Notes: generated by a model not told the origin, from the letters alone. Shown: positions 7,560 through 16,102, counted from the stretch's first letter. The stretch: DNA of 24,426 nucleotides from an uncultured Candidatus Saccharibacteria bacterium (GCA_964526355.1 CAZGJE010000003.1:1-24426); one strand, 5' to 3'. Translations and numbers: made by a program.

Positions 7560-8552
7560 ATGAAGAAGACTATAGTTGTGGACGCGATGGGCGGCGATAA
7601 TGCCCCCCGTGTCCCTGTCTTGGCTACGGTCAAGGCGATGTACCAACTGCCCGAATTTCAGTTTCTGCTGGTCGGAAATCCGGCTGCAATTACTCCCTTC
7701 ATGAAGGGGAATTGCTACCGGCGTATCGAGATCATTCCGTGCGAAGATATGATTGCGATGGACGAGTCGGTCAAATACTCGACATTCAAGCGCGAAAACT
7801 CGTCACTGTCGGTCATGCTGAAGTTACTCAAAGCTGGCAAGGCGGGCGGAGCGATCAGTTGCGGCAATACTGCCGTCTACGTGGCTATGGCCAACCACAT
7901 CCTCGGCACGATTGAAGGATTTGAACGGCCTGCACTGGCCGCGGTCCTGCCCACTTCCAAAGTGTTACTCGATGTTGGCTCCAATGTCGACTCGACACCC
8001 GAGATGCTGGCGTCGTGGGCGATCGGCGCGTCATTCTTCGCCAAGCAGATCCAGGGCAAGATCAACCCGACCGTTGCTCTGCTCTCCATCGGCAGTGAAC
8101 TTGGCAAAGCCAACAAACTGGTACGAGACACTTATCCGCTTCTGCAAGATTTGTCGGAGAAAGGGCTGTTTCGCCTTAGCAAAACTCACCTCGAGCCCAA
8201 CAAGTTGTTGCAGGATCTGGGAATAGACATTGCTCTGGCTGACGGCTTCGTCGGTAACATCGCCCTGAAGGCAACAGAGGGCGCCTCCGAAGTGATAAAG
8301 GAATATGGCCACCGTCTCTGGTATCTGGCACCGGCATTCCTGGCGGTGAAATGGGCCCTCCGGCCTCTGAGTTACGAGCGTTCCAATGGCGCGCCGCTCC
8401 TCGGGGTCAATGGCACCTGCATCAAGGGTCATGGACATTCGAACGTTGACGCCTACGTCAACGCCATCCACGTCACGGCACGAGCAATCGTGACTGACTT
8501 AACTGAAGTGATCCGGTACGGTCTCAACCCGTCCTCGATACTTCGCAATTAG
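7560..8552 (+). CDS. plsX: Phosphate acyltransferase PlsX, divergent
   Basis: IVVDAMGGDNAP, SCGNTA, IEGFERPALAAVLPT, LLDVGSNVD, DGFVGNIALKATEG, GAPLLGVNGTCIKGHG. Start reassigned to ATG 7560 after a G-rich RBS. Confidence 0.88.
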   Translation: MKKTIVVDAMGGDNAPRVPVLATVKAMYQLPEFQFLLVGNPAAITPFMKGNCYRRIEIIPCEDMIAMDESVKYSTFKRENSSLSVMLKLLKAGKAGGAISCGNTAVYVAMANHILGTIEGFERPALAAVLPTSKVLLDVGSNVDSTPEMLASWAIGASFFAKQIQGKINPTVALLSIGSELGKANKLVRDTYPLLQDLSEKGLFRLSKTHLEPNKLLQDLGIDIALADGFVGNIALKATEGASEVIKEYGHRLWYLAPAFLAVKWALRPLSYERSNGAPLLGVNGTCIKGHGHSNVDAYVNAIHVTARAIVTDLTEVIRYGLNPSSILRN

Positions 8553-8554
8553 CC

Positions 8555-8580
8555 ACAGCCTGCACCCGCAGGCTGTTTTT
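8555..8580 (+). terminator. Intrinsic terminator after plsX
   Basis: ACAGCCTGC-accc-GCAGGCTGT then TTTT. Confidence 0.8.
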
Positions 8581-8722
8581 AGTTGGATATAATATCCACA
8601 GGTTAATATACATAAAAGGCTGATATACTCATTAGCAATAGGAGGCGCTCGTACTTTAACATGTACTGCTTTTGTCCAAAAGAGCAGTTTTTGGTGGTAA
8701 CAAACCGACAAGGGGGACTCGA

Positions 8723-9709
8723 ATGGTTACATCACTGCATCAAAGCCATGCCCCTGAAGGTATTTCAGCGGCATATATGACTCCATTCTTCCGCGGCTTT
8801 TGCCCGGAACTCGACAAACCTACTGGTCATTGTGGCAGAAACCACTGCAAATTTGTCCTGGCTATCGCAAACCAGGACTTTGATGCATTGGAATCGCTAA
8901 TGGCCTGTAACGGCGAAGAATATTGCCGCGGCAAGCATCAGAGCCTCGGCAGAACAATGCTTCACCTCGCCGCGCAACATGGACGGGCTGGCACCGTTGC
9001 AAACCATCTGCAAAATGGTGCTGATATCAACTGCCGAGATGATTTCGGCAATACTCCTCTCGCACTGGCACTTTTTGCCCACCAGTACGAGGCGGCCGAC
9101 TTGTTGGCCCAATACGGCGCAGATCTCAACATCGCCGACAACCGCGGCCGAACCATCCTGCATTACGTTGCAGAACACAACTGGCGAGACACTGCCGAGA
9201 TTATGTTCACCTGGAGCATAGAAAAGCATCTCCAACTAAATTATTTCGATCGAAAATATCTGCTACCCAGCCATTATGCTTGGTCTATGAACAACAAGGA
9301 GATGTTTCTCCGGCTGGTGAAATTCGGCTCGATCGTCGGCGTGCATAGTCAGGCGCAAATGCTCGGTCAGTGGTTCGAGGGCGATGCCCTCGCCTTCGCT
9401 TGGCAACACTCTCCACTCAGGAGAATTGTCGAGAAACGCGACATCGATATACTCATGACAGTCTGCACCGTCGACTCCATCTTCCGACACCATCTCGGAG
9501 AGGAAGCGCTTCTGCTGACAAAATACGCTCGAAAGCTCTTCCCCGATCCCAACGATGGCTTCCCTCCGGCGATTCTCAGCCACTTCCACGGCCTAATCCG
9601 CCAAGCGGCCCGCCAGAATGCTGGGGTGGACGAACTGTTGTCTCAAATGCAACAGATGAACTCGCGACTAATGTTTGAACAGGATCCCGTCTTGCTCTTC
9701 GCAAGCTGA
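8723..9709 (+). CDS. Ankyrin-repeat protein (about 3 repeats) with unique flanking domains
   Basis: GRTMLHLAAQHG..GADINCRDDFGNTPLALA..GADLNIADNRGRTILHYVA. Start at ATG 8723 after RBS AAGGGGG. Confidence 0.88.
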   Translation: MVTSLHQSHAPEGISAAYMTPFFRGFCPELDKPTGHCGRNHCKFVLAIANQDFDALESLMACNGEEYCRGKHQSLGRTMLHLAAQHGRAGTVANHLQNGADINCRDDFGNTPLALALFAHQYEAADLLAQYGADLNIADNRGRTILHYVAEHNWRDTAEIMFTWSIEKHLQLNYFDRKYLLPSHYAWSMNNKEMFLRLVKFGSIVGVHSQAQMLGQWFEGDALAFAWQHSPLRRIVEKRDIDILMTVCTVDSIFRHHLGEEALLLTKYARKLFPDPNDGFPPAILSHFHGLIRQAARQNAGVDELLSQMQQMNSRLMFEQDPVLLFAS

Positions 9710-9729
9710 TCGTGCAAACACATTTCAAT

Positions 9730-9760
9730 GGCTCGAACCGACAACGGCTCGAGCCTTTTT
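9730..9760 (+). terminator. Intrinsic terminator
   Basis: GGCTCGA...TCGAGCC then TTTTT. Confidence 0.7.
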
Positions 9761-9763
9761 ATG

Positions 9764-9792
9764 TTGACAAACGCTCTCAAAGTAGTTATAAT
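9764..9792 (+). promoter_or_regulatory. Perfect consensus sigma70 promoter of the isomerase-like gene
   Basis: TTGACA-17nt-TATAAT. Confidence 0.85.
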
Positions 9793-9876
9793 GCGGCCAT
9801 TGTACAAGATCAAGATGGACTACTTCGGTATCTATTTTGGGCTTGGCAAAAATTCTGTGAGGAGGGATAAAATCCC

Positions 9877-11034
9877 ATGCATACCCCGACTTTCCGCATC
9901 TTATGCGGATCCTGGCATCTCCTGGAGCAACGAATGGCTTTCGGTAATCCCACCCATGGTGGGGCCACCGACATGGACCAAGCGCTGCGCCTGGTCGAGG
10001 GCCTCAACAAGGAGCTGTACGACGAGCACGGCTTCGAGATCGCGATCTCCGCTCATCTCTGGCACGAGCTCATGGTGCCCTGCAACAACGAGAAGCTGAC
10101 CAGCACCATGCAGTACAACAGCCCGCGCGCGATTTCACTCGACACCTGGATGTCCGGTATCGACGAAGGGGTTTACCCCCGCATCGGCCGTATCATCCCG
10201 CCCGGCTTTGGTCTGCCCTGGTCCGACGACGGCGCCCTGATCAACCCCGATCCGGTCGTGCGTCAGATCCACCACGACGCGATGGTCCACTCCTTCGCCG
10301 AGTCGGCACGCGTCCGTAAATCCAACCACGGCCTCGGCCACGTGATTTACTGGACCGGTCCCGACGGTCTGCGCTGGCAACGCCTGGTCAACGGCGACGA
10401 TCCGATGCTCAGCTACACCAACAACCCGAAGCTCGAAGAATGGGAAATGGTGATCGGCGGCCTGATCGGCGCTGTCAATGAAGCCCGCGACCTCGGCTAC
10501 ACCGACGAAAAGCTCCAGATCGAGGGCAAGGAAGCGGGTGACCCCTGCTTCCTCGACGCCTTTACCGACGTCCAGCTCCAAATCCTGGGCATCGAGCAGA
10601 TAAACCAGGGTGTCGGCGCAAAAGTAGTGGAGTGGCAGGGCGAGTTCTGCCACACACGCGGTGGCGGCGAAACTTTCGCAAACGGTATCAAGATGGCGAT
10701 CAACGGCGACGTCTTCGGCGGCCGGATTCACCTCAACAGCGGCCCGATCGCCTACAAGAAGTTCAGCTCCCTGCTGGCTTCCGGCACCCGCATGTCCATG
10801 TTCCAGCAGTACGTCGACAACGACTACCTGCCGGGACAGGGCGTGACCGAATGGCTGATTGACCAGCGCGAGTCGATCCGTCTCGGCGCCCTTTGGTCAG
10901 CCGAGACCGGGCTCCCCTTCGAGATCGAGTTCGACGCCCGTTTCTGCCGGTACGCCGACATGATGGGCGAACTGCGCAAAAGCACGCTCTGGACGCTCCA
11001 TGAGCTGCAACAGCACGGCGCCGTGCCGGCGTAA
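9877..11034 (+). CDS. Xylose isomerase / L-rhamnose isomerase-like TIM-barrel metalloenzyme
   Basis: DGALINPDPVVRQ, YWTGPDG, IEGKEAGDP (E-x-K), GEFCH (E-x-x-H), IHLNS, DND, EFDAR align to the xylose isomerase metal-site motifs. RBS GAGGAGG. Confidence 0.78.
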   Translation: MHTPTFRILCGSWHLLEQRMAFGNPTHGGATDMDQALRLVEGLNKELYDEHGFEIAISAHLWHELMVPCNNEKLTSTMQYNSPRAISLDTWMSGIDEGVYPRIGRIIPPGFGLPWSDDGALINPDPVVRQIHHDAMVHSFAESARVRKSNHGLGHVIYWTGPDGLRWQRLVNGDDPMLSYTNNPKLEEWEMVIGGLIGAVNEARDLGYTDEKLQIEGKEAGDPCFLDAFTDVQLQILGIEQINQGVGAKVVEWQGEFCHTRGGGETFANGIKMAINGDVFGGRIHLNSGPIAYKKFSSLLASGTRMSMFQQYVDNDYLPGQGVTEWLIDQRESIRLGALWSAETGLPFEIEFDARFCRYADMMGELRKSTLWTLHELQQHGAVPA

Positions 11035-11050
11035 CTTATCCCCTACACCC

Positions 11051-11086
11051 CCCCTGACGAATTCCTCGTCGGGGGAATTTTATTTT
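11051..11086 (+). terminator. Intrinsic terminator
   Basis: CCCCTGACGA-attcc-TCGTCGGGGG then AATTTTATTTT. Confidence 0.75.
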
Positions 11087-11173
11087 ACCGATCTCCGAGA
11101 CTGGCTTTTCAGGCCAAATTGTGTTATAAATTGAGTACTGCAGACGCAGAATTCCAGGAAAGTGAGATTCGAA

Positions 11174-11746
11174 ATGCGCTGGTATCACCCGACTATTATC
11201 TTATCACTGCTTGCTGGCATAGCTTGTCTGGCAATACTGATTTGCCAGAAACCTACGCCTCCGACAAAAAGGGAACGGGTAATTGCCAAGTCCCAACAGC
11301 CCAGCAAGGTACTCGGCCCTAGGGCGACCGATAATATCCGGCCAATCTCGGCAATCCGCAAACCCTGGGTTGCCCCAGGCCAACCGATCGGCTTAATCGT
11401 AACGGACGCACTGGGGAAGTCGATTCCCTTTGACAAGAAGCTTGGCATCTATCGATACCCGATCAATAAGCAGATCATCATCCAGATCATCGGCATGAAA
11501 CAGGGCGTCAAATACCTTGCGGCATTCGACGTCGTAGAGAAAATGATTAGTGTTGTAGATGTACCCAAGAATCCGATCAAGGTCAAGCGAGACCAGGTAG
11601 GGCCATGTATCATCAGAATTATGGATGATAAGTCATACAAAGAGGCGCAAAAGGGCGCCCCGTCAGACCGAAAGGTCAAAAACGGCATTGACAGCACTGT
11701 CCGTATCTTATTCGAAGCCCCGTCGCAAAAGCCTGCTCGCAAGTAG
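11174..11746 (+). CDS. Hypothetical basic protein with N-terminal signal/membrane anchor
   Basis: Hydrophobic N-terminus IILSLLAGIACLAILIC, Pro/Lys-rich linker. Start uncertain (GTG 11162 or ATG 11174). Confidence 0.7.
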   Translation: MRWYHPTIILSLLAGIACLAILICQKPTPPTKRERVIAKSQQPSKVLGPRATDNIRPISAIRKPWVAPGQPIGLIVTDALGKSIPFDKKLGIYRYPINKQIIIQIIGMKQGVKYLAAFDVVEKMISVVDVPKNPIKVKRDQVGPCIIRIMDDKSYKEAQKGAPSDRKVKNGIDSTVRILFEAPSQKPARK

Positions 11747-11765
11747 GCAAGACTGTGAGGTTAGC

Positions 11766-12197
11766 ATGACATTCGTGAAGAAGCCCTTCGACCAGGCCAA
11801 GCCCTGTGTACGTGATCTGGTCGAGAGGACCCGTCAGATCCTGAAAAGCGGCGAATACTTGCCGCCTCTTCGCCTGCTCGGCAAGCCGTTTGGCTACCGT
11901 ACCAGACAAGCTGTCGGCCGGATCCTGCTCCGACATCTTTCCCCCGGTGAAATCGAAGCTCTTGAGGAAATCCGCGCCAGACAGAAGTACGAGGAGAAGG
12001 AAGCTCGCCGAAGCCGGCCGAAAGTGCCCAAAGTTATGGATCGGGCCGCTGCCATCGCGACCAAGAAGGCGCGCTACGGTGACGACTATTTCCAGAAACT
12101 TGGAGTACGCGGAGGGACTGCCAGAGCTCGGTCTTTAAGGGCCGGTCACCTTCACAACATACCCGATACCGAGTCCAACAAGGCTTGGAACCAATGA
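11766..12197 (+). CDS. Hypothetical Arg/Lys-rich protein with a KGG/GsiB-like C-terminal motif
   Basis: RBS GAGG; TKKARYGDDYFQKLGVRGG resembles the general-stress KGG motif (G.EFY.EIG.KGG). Confidence 0.65.
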   Translation: MTFVKKPFDQAKPCVRDLVERTRQILKSGEYLPPLRLLGKPFGYRTRQAVGRILLRHLSPGEIEALEEIRARQKYEEKEARRSRPKVPKVMDRAAAIATKKARYGDDYFQKLGVRGGTARARSLRAGHLHNIPDTESNKAWNQ

Positions 12198-12230
12198 TCG
12201 TCTCTCGACGGTCATTTTTAGTACCCCCTC

Positions 12231-12259
12231 TTGATTTTTCTATGCAGTAGTGATATAAT
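12231..12259 (+). promoter_or_regulatory. Sigma70 promoter of the DEAD-box helicase
   Basis: TTGATT-17nt-TATAAT with extended TG. Confidence 0.7.
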
Positions 12260-12374
12260 AATATTATATTAAGATTGTTCTATAGATTTCCGAAGTAGTA
12301 ATAAATTCGATGTTCTATACGGCAATACGAATTTATTAATGGGTCCCCTTCGGGGCCCACACAGAAGGAAATCA

Positions 12375-13613
12375 ATGCAAACGCAAAAAAGGCGCCAATC
12401 CGCCTCTTATTACTTTATGCCCGCAAAAGCTCAGGGCAATCGCTTCTCTCACAACTCGAGAGGAAATTTTCGTGGTTCCCAGGGACCTCGCAAACGCAGC
12501 TTTAGCGAATCGATCGACATATCCAAATTTGTCAAAAAGGCCTCTCCAAAAGTAGAGACGGTCTACGAATCAGAGCGTACTTTTGCTGATTTCGGTTTTT
12601 GCCCAGAAGTTTACAAGAATTTGGCTTACAAGAAATACACCAAGCCAACTCCGATTCAGGACAAAGCTCTCCCATACATCAAAGAAGGACGAGACTTGAT
12701 CGGTCTGGCCAATACTGGCACCGGCAAAACTGCCGCTTTCCTCTTGCCTTTGATCGAAAAAGTTTATAAGGATAGGGATCAGAAAGTCATTGTGATCGCC
12801 CCTACTCGCGAACTCGCGCTTCAGATCGAAGTTGAGCTTCGTGATTTTTCGTGGAATATGAAAATATTCTCCGCTACCTGCGTCGGTGGTATGCCGATAT
12901 TTAAGCAGATTCAAAATCTGCGTCGTAATCCTGCCTTTGTGATTGGTACCCCTGGTCGGTTGAAGGATTTAGCCGAAAAAGGCTATATCGACTTCACCAA
13001 ATTCAACAATGTTGTCCTGGATGAAGTTGACCGCATGCTCGATATGGGTTTTGTTGATGAAATCAGAGAGATTTTGAACAAAATACCAGCCGAAAGGCAA
13101 ACTTTGTTCTTCTCGGCTACCATGCCTCCGAAGATCAAAGAATTGACAAGTAAATTCCTGAACGATCCGATTACTGTTGAGGTCAAATCTGGTGAAACTG
13201 CCGACAATGTCGAGCAAGATATCGTCAGAGTTCGAAGCAAGGATTCCAAATTTATCCAATTAACTGATCTTCTCAAGACTCCAGAATTCAAAAAGGTTCT
13301 GATCTTCGCGGAGACCAAATCAGAAGTTGATAAGTTGGCTACCAATTTGAAACATGAAGGCTTCCGAGCTGATTGTATCCACGGCGACAAGAGACAGCGT
13401 GAACGCGCTCGTTCTTTGACTCAGTTCAAGACCAATGATGTCAAAATTTTGGTCGCGACTGACGTTGCCGCTCGTGGACTCGATATCAAAGATATTACTC
13501 ACGTTATCAATTACACCGTTCCTCAAACTTACACTGACTATGTCCACCGAATCGGCCGTACCGGCCGCGGTGCTAGCATGGGTGTCGCTCTCACATTTGT
13601 ACCAAGCTACTAA
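12375..13613 (+). CDS. DEAD/DEAH-box ATP-dependent RNA helicase (RhlE/CshA-like)
   Basis: Q motif PTPIQ, NTGTGKT, PTRELA, TPGR, DEVDRMLDMGF, SAT, ATDVAARGLD, HRIGRTGR. RBS AAGGA before ATG 12375. Confidence 0.96.
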   Translation: MQTQKRRQSASYYFMPAKAQGNRFSHNSRGNFRGSQGPRKRSFSESIDISKFVKKASPKVETVYESERTFADFGFCPEVYKNLAYKKYTKPTPIQDKALPYIKEGRDLIGLANTGTGKTAAFLLPLIEKVYKDRDQKVIVIAPTRELALQIEVELRDFSWNMKIFSATCVGGMPIFKQIQNLRRNPAFVIGTPGRLKDLAEKGYIDFTKFNNVVLDEVDRMLDMGFVDEIREILNKIPAERQTLFFSATMPPKIKELTSKFLNDPITVEVKSGETADNVEQDIVRVRSKDSKFIQLTDLLKTPEFKKVLIFAETKSEVDKLATNLKHEGFRADCIHGDKRQRERARSLTQFKTNDVKILVATDVAARGLDIKDITHVINYTVPQTYTDYVHRIGRTGRGASMGVALTFVPSY

Positions 13614-13626
13614 GCAAGTCTCAAAG

Positions 13627-13655
13627 AAACGCCTTCGATATGTTGGCGTTTTTTT
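13627..13655 (+). terminator. Intrinsic terminator
   Basis: AAACGCC...GGCGTTT then T4. Confidence 0.7.
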
Positions 13656-13700
13656 GATTGGTACTTTCACAATTCTCCAAAATGATCTATCATTCAAGGT

Positions 13701-14255
13701 ATGATTTTATATGCAATTTTGTTGATCATAGTTGCCGTTGTACTGTTTGTTACAATTTTCTGGCAAAGCTCTCTTCTCTGGGCCGCCCTGACTGGAGTAC
13801 CGATCGTCTATTCATGGAGGGGAGCAGTCGAGGACTCTTTCAAATTGGCCGGGCTTAAATCCGGAGAAACAGTCATAGATCTTGGTTCGGGTGACGGCAA
13901 AACGCTGATAATGGCAGCCAAAACGTTTGGAGCCAAGGGCATCGGGGTAGATCGCTCGATTTGGTGCTATCTCAAAGCCAAGTTGAATGTCTGGTTAGCT
14001 GGAGAAACAAATAATATTAAGATTATTAGAGGCGATTTTAGAAGTGTTGAGAAAGAACTCAAAACCGCCGACGTAGTATACGTTTATCTGTTGGATCAAG
14101 TCTTGGCCCAGATTGAGGAGTGGCTTTTCTCCTCGATCGGAGACAAAACTCGCGTCGTCTCACTTTCGTTTCTATTTAAAATACGGAAGCCAATATCTGA
14201 AGCAGGTACACGCAATCTATTTCAGGATACGAAAGCTCGACTTTATAAAAAATAA
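13701..14255 (+). CDS. Membrane-anchored class I SAM-dependent methyltransferase
   Basis: N-terminal TM, GVPIV, VIDLGSGDG motif I, GVDRS, IIRGDF, ADVVYVYL. Confidence 0.88.
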   Translation: MILYAILLIIVAVVLFVTIFWQSSLLWAALTGVPIVYSWRGAVEDSFKLAGLKSGETVIDLGSGDGKTLIMAAKTFGAKGIGVDRSIWCYLKAKLNVWLAGETNNIKIIRGDFRSVEKELKTADVVYVYLLDQVLAQIEEWLFSSIGDKTRVVSLSFLFKIRKPISEAGTRNLFQDTKARLYKK

Positions 14256-14267
14256 TAAGAGGATCTT

Positions 14268-14987
14268 ATGGCTCTGATCGTCAGTCTCGCTACAATTGTT
14301 AGTACTTTCCTGGGCGGGCTTTTCGCAATTCGTTTCAAAGACAAATTACATTTGATTCTCGGCTTTTCGGCTGGCTCCGTGATTGGTGTCGCCTTTTTTG
14401 ACCTGCTTCCAGAATCACTGGCTCTGGTCAGCGGCACATATAGCATTAACACCACCATGCTTCTAATCGCTGCCGGTTTTGTCATTTATATGCTCCTAGA
14501 CAGAGCTTTTTCACTTCATGGCCATAGCCACGGTGAGCACTGCGAGAATCCAGATCATAGTGGCAAATTGGGTGCTTCAGCCCTGATCTTCCATAGTTTC
14601 CTAGACGGTCTTGTCATCGGTCTTGCTTTCAAAGTCTCCCCTGCAGTCGGCTGGATTGTAGCGGCCGCCGTCCTGGCCCATAGCTTCTCTGACGGAATCA
14701 ACACCGTCAGCATGATTTTGAAGGAGAAGGGCAGCAAGAAACAAGCACTCAAATGGCTGATTTTGGACGCTTTGGCTCCTGCTCTTGGTGTGTTAATCGC
14801 CTTTTTGCTCAACGTGAGTGAAGCCACACTTGGACTGATCCTGGCCATCTTCACAGGCTTCTTCTTCTACATCGGTGCCAGCGATCTGATTCCAGAGAGC
14901 CATCATCATCACCCGACCTTCTGGACCACCTTCATGACCATACTCGGGATGGCCGTGTTATACTTCGCAATCCGTCTCGCTCTTTGA
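14268..14987 (+). CDS. ZIP family divalent metal transporter (ZupT-like)
   Basis: LGFSAGSVIGVAFFDLLPES, His-rich loop HGHSHGEH, HSFLDG, HSFSDG, YIGASDLIPE. Confidence 0.92.
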   Translation: MALIVSLATIVSTFLGGLFAIRFKDKLHLILGFSAGSVIGVAFFDLLPESLALVSGTYSINTTMLLIAAGFVIYMLLDRAFSLHGHSHGEHCENPDHSGKLGASALIFHSFLDGLVIGLAFKVSPAVGWIVAAAVLAHSFSDGINTVSMILKEKGSKKQALKWLILDALAPALGVLIAFLLNVSEATLGLILAIFTGFFFYIGASDLIPESHHHHPTFWTTFMTILGMAVLYFAIRLAL

Positions 14988-14990
14988 ACT

Positions 14991-15017
14991 AAAAAGCTCT
15001 GCTTAATTAAGCAGAGC
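14991..15017. terminator. Terminator palindrome between convergent genes
   Basis: AAAAA-GCTCTGCTTAA/TTAAGCAGAGC; overlaps the stop of the minus-strand gene. Confidence 0.7.
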
Positions 15018-16083
15018 ATGTAACCTCCGGTCTCACATATCGATCAAGCTGCCTCATCCAAGGCGGTAATTCTCCGATGAGGCAGTGAATGCCGGCTTGA
15101 TCGAGAGTCGGATAGTAGCGTATCGGGGCAGAGGTAGTGTAGATGTTCTCCTCGCCGATGATTCCAGCGATGATTTCGGCGACCTGGTCCTCACCCCCGG
15201 TCATCAAGACTTTACCGGAGAGCGGTGACCGATAGAAGCAGAGCGATGCCGGTATCCGTAGCGGGTCACTCGGGATGTGAAGCTCGATCTGGTACTGATC
15301 GCAGGCTCGGCGATATGCGTCGAGCGTTTCTCCGACAGACATGAAACCAGAAAGATCGCGCCGCCAGGCTTGCATCTTGGGATCGACGATAAGATGTGCC
15401 CCGCCAGCCTCGTCAACCACCAATCCCATCGTGAGATCAAGGTGGTTGCAGAAATGAGAGTGGTTGCCGGGAAGTTTGATCATGAGCGGGGTGGGCAAGG
15501 CTATTGCCTCTAGCCCCGAATCTCGCACAAATCTGTCCCCAGGCCGCCTAATCTCTACATAGCCTTCTTCGTGATCGGTAGTCGGTTCGAGGGCTAGAGT
15601 CTCGGGATAGAGCGCCTTGCCGCCTCCGATTAGTATTCGGCCACCTTCACCGAGCTGACTCAAGGCCACCTTCAATCCGGCATCTTCCATAAGATCAAAA
15701 TCGTAATCGAGGTGGTAGCAGAAGAGTGTTCGTCCGTCGGGCAGGTATACCGCCAAGTCCCTCGGGTAGAGCAGCCTGGAATATCGGATCCGGGGGAAAT
15801 CCACGAACTTGAAGCCGGCAGACTCGAAACGATTGAGCATCTCTTCCCAGCCAGGCTGGACATATGAGCGGATCACGCTGAATTCCTCGCCCATATCCAT
15901 GAGCGCTGAGGCGATTGAACAGTATTCGAAGTAGATGATCTCGCGCGAGCGCTCGACATCGCCACCGGCCTGTTCGAGGATTCGACGATAACAGTCTACC
16001 TGACCAGCCGGATACTCCGGCTTGGGAATGAATTGGGCGCCAAAACTTGGCAGGCCCAAGTATATCTCTGGTATGTGCTTCAT
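15007..16083 (-). CDS. Pentein superfamily (amidinotransferase / arginine deiminase / DDAH-like) enzyme
   Basis: YPRD, GEGG, HLD, AGIHC in the canonical order give a complete Cys-His-Asp/Glu site. Start reassigned to MKHIPE (16083) after RBS GAGAGG. Confidence 0.8.
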   Translation of the reverse strand: MKHIPEIYLGLPSFGAQFIPKPEYPAGQVDCYRRILEQAGGDVERSREIIYFEYCSIASALMDMGEEFSVIRSYVQPGWEEMLNRFESAGFKFVDFPRIRYSRLLYPRDLAVYLPDGRTLFCYHLDYDFDLMEDAGLKVALSQLGEGGRILIGGGKALYPETLALEPTTDHEEGYVEIRRPGDRFVRDSGLEAIALPTPLMIKLPGNHSHFCNHLDLTMGLVVDEAGGAHLIVDPKMQAWRRDLSGFMSVGETLDAYRRACDQYQIELHIPSDPLRIPASLCFYRSPLSGKVLMTGGEDQVAEIIAGIIGEENIYTTSAPIRYYPTLDQAGIHCLIGELPPWMRQLDRYVRPEVTCSA

Positions 16084-16102
16084 TGCATTTGCCTCTCTCA
16101 AC

